Of a stretch of DNA of 64,000 nucleotides, positions 18,413-27,046 are shown one piece after another. Position numbers and translations under genes: made by a program. Origin of the DNA: a virus; the IMG/VR virus record IMGVR_UViG_3300030107_002115, positions 7,481-71,480 of that record; one strand, written 5' to 3'. The notes below the pieces were generated by a model that saw nothing but the letters and a program-made list of their open reading frames with translations, was not told where the DNA came from and searched no databases. Each line of letters begins with the position of its first letter. Position 1 is the first letter of the stretch.

Positions 18413-19517
18413 TTTTATCTCCTTCTGTTAATAGTTTAGGGGGTTCAATACCTAAAGAATTAAAATCACATTGTATACATATCCATTTATTTATATCATC
18501 ATCATAATCTAATTCATCATCTCTAGTCTCTTCGTAACAAACCTCACAATAGTTTACATTATCTTCTAATAACATCTTACTAGCAGGACTCATAGAAGAA
18601 TAATCCTCATCTGGCATATGCTCTGCACAATAATTGTCTACATAAGTATAGTCTCCACAAACTTGACAATAGTTTTTTGTGTAGCTATCATTATATGATT
18701 GAGTATCTCTATCACAACTACCATAGTTATTATAATATCCATAATGCCCACCATAATAACTACCAGATATATAGTTGTTTGTTTGACTAATAGTTTCAAA
18801 CTTCTCTATATCAAATATAGGACACCTAGCAAACTTATTAGTATTATAACTATATATTTTATCTTTAGAGACATTCTTTATTTTCAATACTAGACCTGCG
18901 TCTATCATAGCATCTTCCATTATACTTCTTGTACTAGCAAAGAATAATACCTTAGCTTTTTTCCAATAGGAAACTACCATAGGTCTACCACTTTCCCTAG
19001 CTAGATGTAGAGTAGTATTATTCTCTTTTGCCCAAGCTACTGCAAAGTCTCCATTTATATTTTCAAACGCTTTAGATTTATCTAATCTATTAAGAGATTG
19101 AAATATAACTTCTGAGTCTACTTGAGGAATAGTCTTACCTAAACTTCTAGCTACTTGATTATAATTATATATAACTCCATTATGTATACCTACAACTTCA
19201 CCTATTGTAAATGGGTGTGCATTATTTACTACTTTTGCTCCCGTAGTTGCAAATCTAGTATGCCCTAGTACAATAGATGTTTTTCTATCTATTTTATCTA
19301 TAACATTTTGCCATTCATTTGTTCTAGTTAATGTTACAGAATCAGTTAGTGTCTTGTAGGTATATCTATCTACAGGATTCATAATAGAGAAGCCTGTACT
19401 ATCAGTACCTCTCCTAGATGATTCTTCTGTAAGATATGTAAATGTACGCTTAAGAATTTCTAGCTGATGGTCTGACTGACTATTGCTAGTCTTAGCGAAT
19501 CCAAATATACCACACAT
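18381..19517 (-). CDS. Class II (Ntn) glutamine amidotransferase with C-terminal Tyr/Gly linker and CxxC fingers
   Basis: MCGIFG, RGTDSTG, GHTRFAT, NAHPF, HNGVIYN, VDSE. Confidence 0.92.
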   Translation of the reverse strand: MCGIFGFAKTSNSQSDHQLEILKRTFTYLTEESSRRGTDSTGFSIMNPVDRYTYKTLTDSVTLTRTNEWQNVIDKIDRKTSIVLGHTRFATTGAKVVNNAHPFTIGEVVGIHNGVIYNYNQVARSLGKTIPQVDSEVIFQSLNRLDKSKAFENINGDFAVAWAKENNTTLHLARESGRPMVVSYWKKAKVLFFASTRSIMEDAMIDAGLVLKIKNVSKDKIYSYNTNKFARCPIFDIEKFETISQTNNYISGSYYGGHYGYYNNYGSCDRDTQSYNDSYTKNYCQVCGDYTYVDNYCAEHMPDEDYSSMSPASKMLLEDNVNYCEVCYEETRDDELDYDDDINKWICIQCDFNSLGIEPPKLLTEGDKNEKGNSSRIS

Positions 19518-19536
19518 ATACTATATCTCCTTTTGT

Positions 19537-21486
19537 TTATTGGTTGTCTATTTGTCTATTTGTTATATACTCACAGGCTTCACTACCACCTATTATATTT
19601 ATTAATTTAATAGGTTCTATTTTAAAGAACCTGCCTTCATTGTATATAATTCTATTTATTTTCTTACCTCTATTTGTAGATAAGTTCGCAGTCTCTTTTG
19701 TAGACTGCATTATATTATATAAAAATTCTATCCATTTCATTATAGGTCTTGATTCTTCTGTACCTTCGTGGTGTCTAAATTCTATTGTGCCGTGATAAAA
19801 TCTAGCGTGTATATTTGTACCTATATATCTAGCCGTATTGTATCTATTTGTATTTATATCTGTTTCATTCCAATTTATATAATAAAATTTAGAGAAATCT
19901 ACTATGTCTTTACATTTTATTATATTATTATAATTAGCTATAAATCTTTTAGCATAACTAGAATCTCTCCTGTCTCTAGGTAATGACCTTGTTAATTCAC
20001 TATCTATCTTAGACATAATTAAAGATATAGCTTGTAATTCTTTAAACTTAAAGTCTCTAGCATTAAAATGTATATGTACTCCACAAGTACTATCAACAAA
20101 ATTACCTAAATCGTTATGATGGTCTTCTAATTCATCTACACTTCTTTTTATACTATCTCCTACAAGTGGTGCAACGTGTTTAAATTCTACTCCTCCGTCA
20201 CTTAGAGAGCCATCTGATACAGCTTTCCAAGCTGTAGGGATATCAACATTGTCTAAATAGTGTTCACAATCATCATAATCTGTAATCACTTCACTCTCTA
20301 CAGAACAATGTCTATTAATTGTATCATTTTTATTTACTTCTATAACATAAGGTGCTCTATATCTATTTTGTGTACTATACAATAAATTATTTAATTTTTG
20401 CTTACTACAACTATTGCATAGACACATATCAAAACAATATAGATATTCATTATCTAGTTTTTTCCTACAAGATGAAATATATTTCATTCTATTGTCTTTT
20501 GACTTAGATAAACATATTTCTAAGTCTAATATTGTATAATTACCACAATGATTACAAGATTTATATAATGCACTTGTGCATTCAGTACAAATATTTTTTA
20601 TACCACTATCTTTCACATAATTTAATACTTCTGAACGTATTCTATTTTCTCCGTCTACATTATTTATATATTTAAAGTTATATTCCTCTAAGCACATATC
20701 ACAATCTACTTTTAATTTATCATAACAAGTATTACAATATGTATGCTCATTAACTCTACGAGATGTCATTTCCCTAGGGACATATAATAGATTACATTTA
20801 TCACAACAATACATCTCTCTTATTCTTCCATAAGAGAATGAACCTTTCATTTCTTTTTCTATCATTTTAATTCTTGTATGACTTAAACTAAAGAATCTAG
20901 AATAACTATAATTAGAATTAATAGGCTTTACCCATTCTATTTTAGCTAAATTCTCTACAAGTGGCTTAGACTCATATTTCCAACTTAGACAGAAACTAGC
21001 TATACTATATGCACCTGTTGTATCTATAGCGTTTTTATTAATATTTTGTAGAATCTCACCCATCTCTGGGTTATCTTTATAATTAGGATATCTTTTATGT
21101 AGTGGATTATAGAACAATACATTATTACCATTAATTTTCGTAGAAAATATAGGTATATAAGATTGAAATAATATATCTTGACTTCTTGCTACATATATTC
21201 TCTTAGTAATTTTATGTTGTAGAATAAATCTATGTGGTGCAACATCTCTCCCATATCCTTCTATAAAGAAATCTGATATTACTTTTTTAATTGTAAACAT
21301 TCTACCATATACACTATAATAATTCTCTATTTCACTATATAGATAATTATATAAAGTTTTAGTATAATCTTTATTTATAAGTTTTGCTAGATTATTTTTA
21401 TCTATATCCTCCCAAGAAATATGTGTATAACTTACATCAAAACACATTCTAGGATTTAAAACTAGAACTTCATTTGAATATCGCAT
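19537..21486 (-). CDS. Second putative amidoligase with long Cys-rich N-terminal region
   Basis: SVESE, SDGSL, GVEF, TCGVHIH, RYIGTN, TIEFRHHEGT; several CxxC pairs. Confidence 0.85.
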   Translation of the reverse strand: MRYSNEVLVLNPRMCFDVSYTHISWEDIDKNNLAKLINKDYTKTLYNYLYSEIENYYSVYGRMFTIKKVISDFFIEGYGRDVAPHRFILQHKITKRIYVARSQDILFQSYIPIFSTKINGNNVLFYNPLHKRYPNYKDNPEMGEILQNINKNAIDTTGAYSIASFCLSWKYESKPLVENLAKIEWVKPINSNYSYSRFFSLSHTRIKMIEKEMKGSFSYGRIREMYCCDKCNLLYVPREMTSRRVNEHTYCNTCYDKLKVDCDMCLEEYNFKYINNVDGENRIRSEVLNYVKDSGIKNICTECTSALYKSCNHCGNYTILDLEICLSKSKDNRMKYISSCRKKLDNEYLYCFDMCLCNSCSKQKLNNLLYSTQNRYRAPYVIEVNKNDTINRHCSVESEVITDYDDCEHYLDNVDIPTAWKAVSDGSLSDGGVEFKHVAPLVGDSIKRSVDELEDHHNDLGNFVDSTCGVHIHFNARDFKFKELQAISLIMSKIDSELTRSLPRDRRDSSYAKRFIANYNNIIKCKDIVDFSKFYYINWNETDINTNRYNTARYIGTNIHARFYHGTIEFRHHEGTEESRPIMKWIEFLYNIMQSTKETANLSTNRGKKINRIIYNEGRFFKIEPIKLINIIGGSEACEYITNRQIDNQ

Positions 21487-21616
21487 CTCTAACCTCTTTA
21501 GCTATATAAATTATATAATCTTTATATATATAGACAACACCACTAGATATTATACTTAATATACTAAGGTGTGTCTCTCCACAAGAGCCTAGTAGATGAT
21601 GTATTATCTCTTTCAT
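21470..21616 (-). CDS. Small membrane protein (48 aa, not in ORF track)
   Basis: MKEIIHHLLGSCGETHLSILSIISSGVVYIY..., strong AAGGAG RBS, overlaps ligase start. Confidence 0.55.
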   Translation of the reverse strand: MKEIIHHLLGSCGETHLSILSIISSGVVYIYKDYIIYIAKEVRDAIFK

Positions 21617-21633
21617 TTTCTACTCCTTATTTA

Positions 21634-21870
21634 TTATCCTGCACTCCAATATACATTCCCTTTATATTCTACAAATTCTTTCATCTCTATATCTGAATTT
21701 ACTGCTTTTATAACTCCCATTCTAACAAGTGTCTCTCTAGAATTTTTAAATTTCTTAGGTTTATAGAATTGAAAATTACCATAGTCTTTAGGTAGGTAAT
21801 AAGCAACTACCCATTTTTTATCATCTATATACATTTGCTTTATACTATAATTCCAATCTACATTACTCAT
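21634..21870 (-). CDS. Hypothetical early protein
   Basis: AAGGAG RBS. Confidence 0.55.
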   Translation of the reverse strand: MSNVDWNYSIKQMYIDDKKWVVAYYLPKDYGNFQFYKPKKFKNSRETLVRMGVIKAVNSDIEMKEFVEYKGNVYWSAG

Positions 21871-22170
21871 TTTCTACTCCTTATATCCAGAATCTATTTT
21901 TTCTTTTATTATTTCTTTGCAGAAATCTTTAATTTCTACAATCTCTCCATAGTATAATATATCTCTAATTAGATACATAATAGCTTTTATTAAAGCATTT
22001 CTATCCATTCTCTACTCCTTTTATTATTCTATAAATTTTTCATTATATAAAATACAAAGTATATTAACATCATTACAATCCATAATGCTATAAATGTTTC
22101 TTGTACTTTCTCTAAAAAGTCTATCATTCTATCTATTCTATTTTTATCTAACATAACCACCCCTATATAT

Positions 22171-22212
22171 AAAAAAAGTAGTAGAATATAAAATCTCTAC
22201 TACTCTTTTTTT
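22171..22212. terminator. Bidirectional intrinsic terminator
   Basis: A7-GTAGTAGA-loop-TCTACTAC-TC-T7. Confidence 0.7.
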
Positions 22213-22227
22213 GTTAATAAATATTTT

Positions 22228-22431
22228 TTAGTATTCGTAAATACCTTCTATTTCCTCAAGTTCTATCTTTTTAGATAGAGGTTTTAAATCTTTATCATAT
22301 TTTAAGCTAGGGAACAAATCTTTTGTAGCTTGTTGAATTGTACGCAATTTGTGCCAGACTCTTATTTTATCTTTAAATTTGTCTAATGTGTCATTTTTTC
22401 TACGCATTTGCAAACTATATATATATTTCAT
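22228..22431 (-). CDS. Hypothetical early protein
   Basis: AAAGGA RBS. Confidence 0.5.
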   Translation of the reverse strand: MKYIYSLQMRRKNDTLDKFKDKIRVWHKLRTIQQATKDLFPSLKYDKDLKPLSKKIELEEIEGIYEY

Positions 22432-22451
22432 ATATTATCCTTTTTCTATTA

Positions 22452-22943
22452 TTACCAAGTTCTTTTGTCGATACCTCGTCTAAATCCAATTTTCTTAGTA
22501 GGTAAGTTTCTTAGAACAAATCTCGCTCTATCTCGTTTATGTCTACGCTTGTCTAGTTCTATTTCTTTAGCTTGTTCTATCTCTGTAAGCGTTTGCCCTA
22601 TGGTTAATTTTTTGTAGATTGTTTTCGTGTCTAAGTCTCTAACTTCTATTATGTATCCTAATTTATTTTCCTTAGAGCGTACAATTTCTATAATGTTCCA
22701 AAGCTCTATCTGCGTACTAGGTTCTAGTCTTATATTTTTCTTATCTTTTATAATCTCTAGTATATAATTATTAGACTCTATATTTTTTATATATCTAATT
22801 ATTATAGTACCCTTTAATTTTATATTGCCGTATCTGTAGAGATTAAAAGGATTACTATCTTTATAATTATGTAGAAAAATATCTCTCCTAGAAGGAAGCC
22901 CGTTAGAACTTCCTTCTATTCTATGGTTTTTATTCTCTATCAT
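22452..22943 (-). CDS. Hypothetical early protein
   Basis: TAATG-coupled ORF. Confidence 0.5.
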   Translation of the reverse strand: MIENKNHRIEGSSNGLPSRRDIFLHNYKDSNPFNLYRYGNIKLKGTIIIRYIKNIESNNYILEIIKDKKNIRLEPSTQIELWNIIEIVRSKENKLGYIIEVRDLDTKTIYKKLTIGQTLTEIEQAKEIELDKRRHKRDRARFVLRNLPTKKIGFRRGIDKRTW

Positions 22944-23191
22944 TACTTACTTATATTAATCGTAACTTTTCCGATTGTTTGACCTAGTGGTAAATTATCC
23001 TCCCAAGCTATTTTGTTTTCTTTAACTACAGATTCGAACTTCTCCCAAGCCTTTTTTATTTCATTTGGTGCATAATGCATTTTAGGAGGCGTAGATATTT
23101 TTCCTTCTGCAATCATTTTGCTTTGAGCTTCTTTAGTTAGATAACCAGCCTCTACCATTTTATTTGAATTTTCAAAAGATAATAATTTCAT
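22943..23191 (-). CDS. First gene of the leftward early operon, hypothetical
   Basis: AAAGGA RBS, promoter ~100 nt upstream. Confidence 0.6.
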   Translation of the reverse strand: MKLLSFENSNKMVEAGYLTKEAQSKMIAEGKISTPPKMHYAPNEIKKAWEKFESVVKENKIAWEDNLPLGQTIGKVTINISK

Positions 23192-23292
23192 TTTATTATG
23201 TCCTTTTTTTCTATGCTTTGAACTTCTACAGAGACATTTTTTCTATATTTGAAGTTCTCTACATGGTTGTTTTTTTTATGTCTCATGCTGAC

Positions 23293-23322
23293 AATTTACA
23301 AATAAAAAGTAATATGAGTCAA
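23293..23322 (-). promoter_or_regulatory. Sigma70-type early promoter
   Basis: TTGACT-18-TAAATT with A/T-rich upstream element. Confidence 0.6.
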
Positions 23323-23415
23323 TAAAAAAATACATATATATTAAGATAAATGTTAATGATAGGTCTATACGAAATAATAATGAATAAAGCAAGTGTTATT
23401 TTTAAGATATGTATA

Positions 23416-23437
23416 AAATGTGCTGTACATCACACTT
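23416..23437. promoter_or_regulatory. CRP/FNR-family-like operator
   Basis: AAATGTGC-TGTACA-TCACACTT versus CRP consensus AAATGTGA-N6-TCACATTT. Confidence 0.4.
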
Positions 23438-23450
23438 AAAAATTTAGTGC

Positions 23451-23479
23451 TTGTTTATTAACTTGAACGGCGTTAAATT
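23451..23479 (+). promoter_or_regulatory. Rightward sigma70-type promoter
   Basis: TTGTTT-17-TAAATT, same -10 as other phage A promoters. Confidence 0.45.
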
Positions 23480-23493
23480 TCGGGCTTTTTAAT

Positions 23494-23565
23494 ATTTTCG
23501 ACTGCTTAGTCGAGTTTTCGACTACTAATTCGAATTTTCAACTGAATAGTCGAATTTCAACTAGG
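23494..23565. repeat. Tandem 20-bp palindromic repeats (3.5 copies)
   Basis: ATTTTCGACTGCTTAGTCGA / GTTTTCGACTACTAATTCGA / ATTTTCAACTGAATAGTCGA / ATTTCAACTAGG. Confidence 0.85.
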
Positions 23566-23643
23566 AACGGGGGGGCGACCAATTCGCGAATATAAGACTA
23601 CACACATTGTAGCCCTATTTTTTTAGAATGGTATGTTTATTTA

Positions 23644-23874
23644 CTAAGTCCTAATGGCTGCTATACTACTTACTGGGCCAAACATCTCGCATAATTTGTG
23701 TATATCTTTGAAATGGTAGTGTGGTTGCTTAATATGGTGTTCTGCTTTGTCACTAAAGTATACTGCTTGTTCAGCTATATAGAATGTTCCTTCCTCTACA
23801 TAATGCCATTCTTTTGAATTTACTAACAATACGCTCTTTACCTCACCTACAGGCAATAATATACTCGGTCTCAC
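23644..23874 (-). CDS. Hypothetical protein
   Basis: GTG start overlapping upstream stop. Confidence 0.5.
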   Translation of the reverse strand: MRPSILLPVGEVKSVLLVNSKEWHYVEEGTFYIAEQAVYFSDKAEHHIKQPHYHFKDIHKLCEMFGPVSSIAAIRT

Positions 23875-24077
23875 TTCTTTTTCCCCTTTTTCTCTTTCAA
23901 TTTTACAATTTCCACTACTCTATCCGTAAACAGATTGATGTGATTTGCACAAACTTCAGCGTCTTTTCGCTCAATAAACCGTTTTATTGGGTAATCTGGG
24001 TGTTTTCGATTGATAAATGCTCTTCCCCTAATCATATACCAAACTTCTTCCCGATTAGTTTGTATTATTCCGTACAA
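23871..24077 (-). CDS. Hypothetical protein
   Basis: TTG start after AAAGG, promoter immediately upstream. Confidence 0.5.
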   Translation of the reverse strand: MYGIIQTNREEVWYMIRGRAFINRKHPDYPIKRFIERKDAEVCANHINLFTDRVVEIVKLKEKKGKKK

Positions 24078-24100
24078 ATCTTAACCTTTTTCATATAATG

Positions 24101-24129
24101 AAGTTACATATTATCACATAAGCTTGCAA
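24101..24129 (-). promoter_or_regulatory. Sigma70-type promoter
   Basis: TTGCAA-17-TAACTT. Confidence 0.5.
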
Positions 24130-24240
24130 GGCTTTTTTATATTTTTATTAGTAGAATTTTTTTTCTTTTTGTTATAATACGCTAGTATTATATTTTTTCT
24201 TTTTTTATTTGTTTAAACTCTGGGGCTAAAAAGGCCCTAT

Positions 24241-24269
24241 AACTTACAAACAAAACTAATAAATTGCAA
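24241..24269 (-). promoter_or_regulatory. Sigma70-type promoter
   Basis: TTGCAA-17-TAAGTT, same layout as 24101..24129. Confidence 0.5.
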
Positions 24270-24305
24270 GATAAAAATAAAAATCAATAAAAAAAAATTT
24301 TTTTC

Positions 24306-24335
24306 TTGTGAAAGTACCTATTTTACTAGTATATT
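24306..24335 (+). promoter_or_regulatory. Rightward promoter for the packaging operon
   Basis: TTGTGA-18-TATATT; ATG at 24342 would be leaderless. Confidence 0.5.
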
Positions 24336-24341
24336 TTGGGC

Positions 24342-24584
24342 ATGAATAGAGGGAATATAAAGACAATAGCGAGAAATTACTGTGCTAATTACAATGTGGG
24401 AAAGTGTTTAGGGTGTATGTTTACCAGAGAGACAGGTGTTTTAAGCATGAAATTAGATAGTAAGCTTGCTGGGAAAGAATGTTCAGTAGAAAAGGGTTGT
24501 GACTACTTTGATGCAATAGTAGTACCCGGTATATTGGATATTAGGGATAGAAACTCAATAAATAAAAACATAGGAGAGAAATAA
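24342..24584 (+). CDS. Cys-rich small protein
   Basis: YCANY..CLGC..C..CDYF..VVP. Confidence 0.6.
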   Translation: MNRGNIKTIARNYCANYNVGKCLGCMFTRETGVLSMKLDSKLAGKECSVEKGCDYFDAIVVPGILDIRDRNSINKNIGEK

Positions 24585-24874
24585 TGAAAATAGCTATAGG
24601 TGGACACGACTATACGGTTAATTTAGTTGATAGCAAGACAACAAGTGATGGTAAAATGTTACTTGGTAATCACGATGCTAGGACTTGTACTATTAATTTA
24701 GATAGGGAAATGTCTACAACTAGAACGAGAGAGACCTTTTTACATGAAGTTATTCATGTTATACTAACTAATGCAGGTATGCAGAACCATGATGAAGTGG
24801 TTATTGATGCTACCGCAAATGGATTATTACAACTAGGAGTAGGTGAATTTTTGTGGAAGAAATTAAAAAAGTAA
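24584..24874 (+). CDS. HExxH metallopeptidase-like phage protein
   Basis: RETFLHEVIH...HDE. Confidence 0.75.
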   Translation: MKIAIGGHDYTVNLVDSKTTSDGKMLLGNHDARTCTINLDREMSTTRTRETFLHEVIHVILTNAGMQNHDEVVIDATANGLLQLGVGEFLWKKLKK

Positions 24875-24956
24875 TAAAGTTAATTTATTACTACATAGAG
24901 GCAAAGTTTATATTATTTGTGATATATCTACTCTCCATGCGTAAGGGGGTATCTAA

Positions 24957-25715
24957 ATGAAGCGTGCTATTGTTACCCCCGATAAGCATTTCCCATTTGA
25001 AGACAAAAAAGCTATAAAGGTTTTATGTAAGGCGATTGAATTAGTAAAACCAGACATATATATAGATTTAGGTGATGTTGGAGAATGGGAATCAGTTTCG
25101 CATTGGCAATGGAAGAAAAAGAAGCGTCCTCCCCTTGAATATCAGCTTCCTTTTGTCCATAAAGATATAAAAGATGTGAATAAAGGTATGGATACCATTG
25201 ACGCTTCGTTAAATAGGGCAAAAACGAAGGAAAAACATTTTGTCGAAGGTAACCATGACGATTGGTTAAATCGCTTTGTAGACGAAAATCCATACCTTAG
25301 TGATACAATGCGAGTTGAAAAGGCTTTAAAGCTTAAGGAGCGTGGTTATAAATATCATAAAATAGGTAAATATTTAAAAATTGGTAAGATTAATTTTTAT
25401 CATGGTCATCATTTTGCTGGGGTTACCCATACAAGAAACCATTTATTAAGATTAGGTGGTAATGTAATGTATGGACATCATCACGACATACAACAATCTT
25501 CCATTACTCATATAGATGGAGTTAAAAGTGCTTGGAGTATTGGTTGTTTAAAGGATATGTCTGACGAAGCTAATGAATGGTTAGGAAATAGAAGACATAA
25601 TTGGCAGCATGCTTTTGCTATTGTAGACTTTCATAAGAATGGAAACTTCAATGTTACTGTTCATCAGATAGTAAATGGAGTTAGTACAGTAGACGGAAAG
25701 GTATTAAAGGCATAG
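24957..25715 (+). CDS. Calcineurin-like metallophosphoesterase
   Basis: DxH, GD, GNHD, HGH, GHHH motifs. Confidence 0.9.
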   Translation: MKRAIVTPDKHFPFEDKKAIKVLCKAIELVKPDIYIDLGDVGEWESVSHWQWKKKKRPPLEYQLPFVHKDIKDVNKGMDTIDASLNRAKTKEKHFVEGNHDDWLNRFVDENPYLSDTMRVEKALKLKERGYKYHKIGKYLKIGKINFYHGHHFAGVTHTRNHLLRLGGNVMYGHHHDIQQSSITHIDGVKSAWSIGCLKDMSDEANEWLGNRRHNWQHAFAIVDFHKNGNFNVTVHQIVNGVSTVDGKVLKA

Positions 25716-26479
25716 TGAAGACCAGAAAAATAAAAAAAATAGAATACCCATTATTTAAAGATGAAAAAGAGTTTAAATACTATATGCCAAATAAGTATCT
25801 TACTAAGAATTGGCGTGATGGAGAAGAAGGAGATTGGGTATTAACAGATGATGGTCAAGTTTGTATGGTTATTAAAAGGGGTTCGCTTTCTCACGGTACT
25901 TCTAAAACAATTAAACAAGACTATGTTAGAACAGTTATAGGTTCTTTTTTATGTAAACCTTCTGTAAAGATGGGAGGTAGAATGAGAAAGAATATGTATT
26001 CTTTTGGTAGTAGGGATATAACTCCAAAAGAAAGACAAAAAGAAAGGAAAAAGCCTACTAATTCAGAATTTCTTTTTGCTAAGTATGTAGCAAAAGGAGA
26101 TGATATAGTAGATGCGTTTATTAAGGCTTTTCCAACAAACAATAGAAAGTATGCTAAAAGAGAAGCTGGTGTACTTTTAAGGACGAATAGGGTAAAAAGT
26201 TTGGTAAGAGAAGAAATAGATAAGCTCATGAATGAAGCAGAGATAACTCCTCTGTACATTTTAGAGAAAATGAAAGATATCATTGAGTCAGAAGGTTCTA
26301 GGGATAGTGATAAAGTTTCCTTACTTAAAGAACTTGTTAGTATAGCAGGTATGAAAGATACAGAAAAGAAGTCGGAATCTGTTACTGTGTTCCAAGGATT
26401 TTCACCAGAACAGCTCAATGCTATAGGTGGAAACAATGTTAAGAAGCTTGCAAAAGCTGAAAGAGAAATAAAAAAATGA
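25715..26479 (+). CDS. terS: Terminase small subunit (probable)
   Basis: HTH-like FAKYVAKG...AFIKAF...A..LL segment, helical C-terminus, upstream of terL. Confidence 0.6.
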   Translation: MKTRKIKKIEYPLFKDEKEFKYYMPNKYLTKNWRDGEEGDWVLTDDGQVCMVIKRGSLSHGTSKTIKQDYVRTVIGSFLCKPSVKMGGRMRKNMYSFGSRDITPKERQKERKKPTNSEFLFAKYVAKGDDIVDAFIKAFPTNNRKYAKREAGVLLRTNRVKSLVREEIDKLMNEAEITPLYILEKMKDIIESEGSRDSDKVSLLKELVSIAGMKDTEKKSESVTVFQGFSPEQLNAIGGNNVKKLAKAEREIKK

Positions 26480-26679
26480 ACCTCTATGAAATAGTAATGG
26501 AAGTTCTCAAAGCAGCTAAGGAAAAAGGAGTATCCCTTGAAAATGATTGGGAAATAGAAGATATAGCTACTGAAATATATGATATGTTTTACAGTAGTGA
26601 GATTATTGGAAGTTATATAAGTAATGGATACATAGAAGACCTTAAAGACTATTGGGAAGATAATAATTTAAATGATTAA
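26476..26679 (+). CDS. Small acidic hypothetical protein
   Basis: ATGA-coupled ORF. Confidence 0.55.
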   Translation: MNLYEIVMEVLKAAKEKGVSLENDWEIEDIATEIYDMFYSSEIIGSYISNGYIEDLKDYWEDNNLND

Positions 26680-27046
26680 TAAGTTAGCCGTATACGGAAC
26701 ATTAAGAAATGGTAAAAGAAAAACATATAAGATTAATGGTTTTAGCCTTGTTTACCCCGGGCATTATCGTTACCCTGCTGCTATTATCAACAATAATTCT
26801 ACTGGAATGGTTATTGAGTTGTTAGATGTAGAGCAAGAAGATATAAATGGATATGATATATATGAAAGTGTTGATTCTGGATTGTACGATAGAAGAAAAG
26901 TAACCGTTTATGAAAATGATAAAGAAATTAACGCTTGGATGTATACAGCTGGGCCACTATTATTACAACATAAAACAGTATTTGAGTTAGTTCCAGAGCA
27001 GGATTGGTTATCAAAAAAGTCGAAGAAAAAAAGAATTTTAACATAA
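26672..27046 (+). CDS. Gamma-glutamylcyclotransferase (AIG2/GGCT-like)
   Basis: AVYGTL, DIYE, GLYDR, AWMY. Confidence 0.85.
   Translation: MINKLAVYGTLRNGKRKTYKINGFSLVYPGHYRYPAAIINNNSTGMVIELLDVEQEDINGYDIYESVDSGLYDRRKVTVYENDKEINAWMYTAGPLLLQHKTVFELVPEQDWLSKKSKKKRILT

Noticed and set aside
23494-23565. CRISPR mini-array
   Set aside because: Units abut with no unique spacers and no cas operon is present
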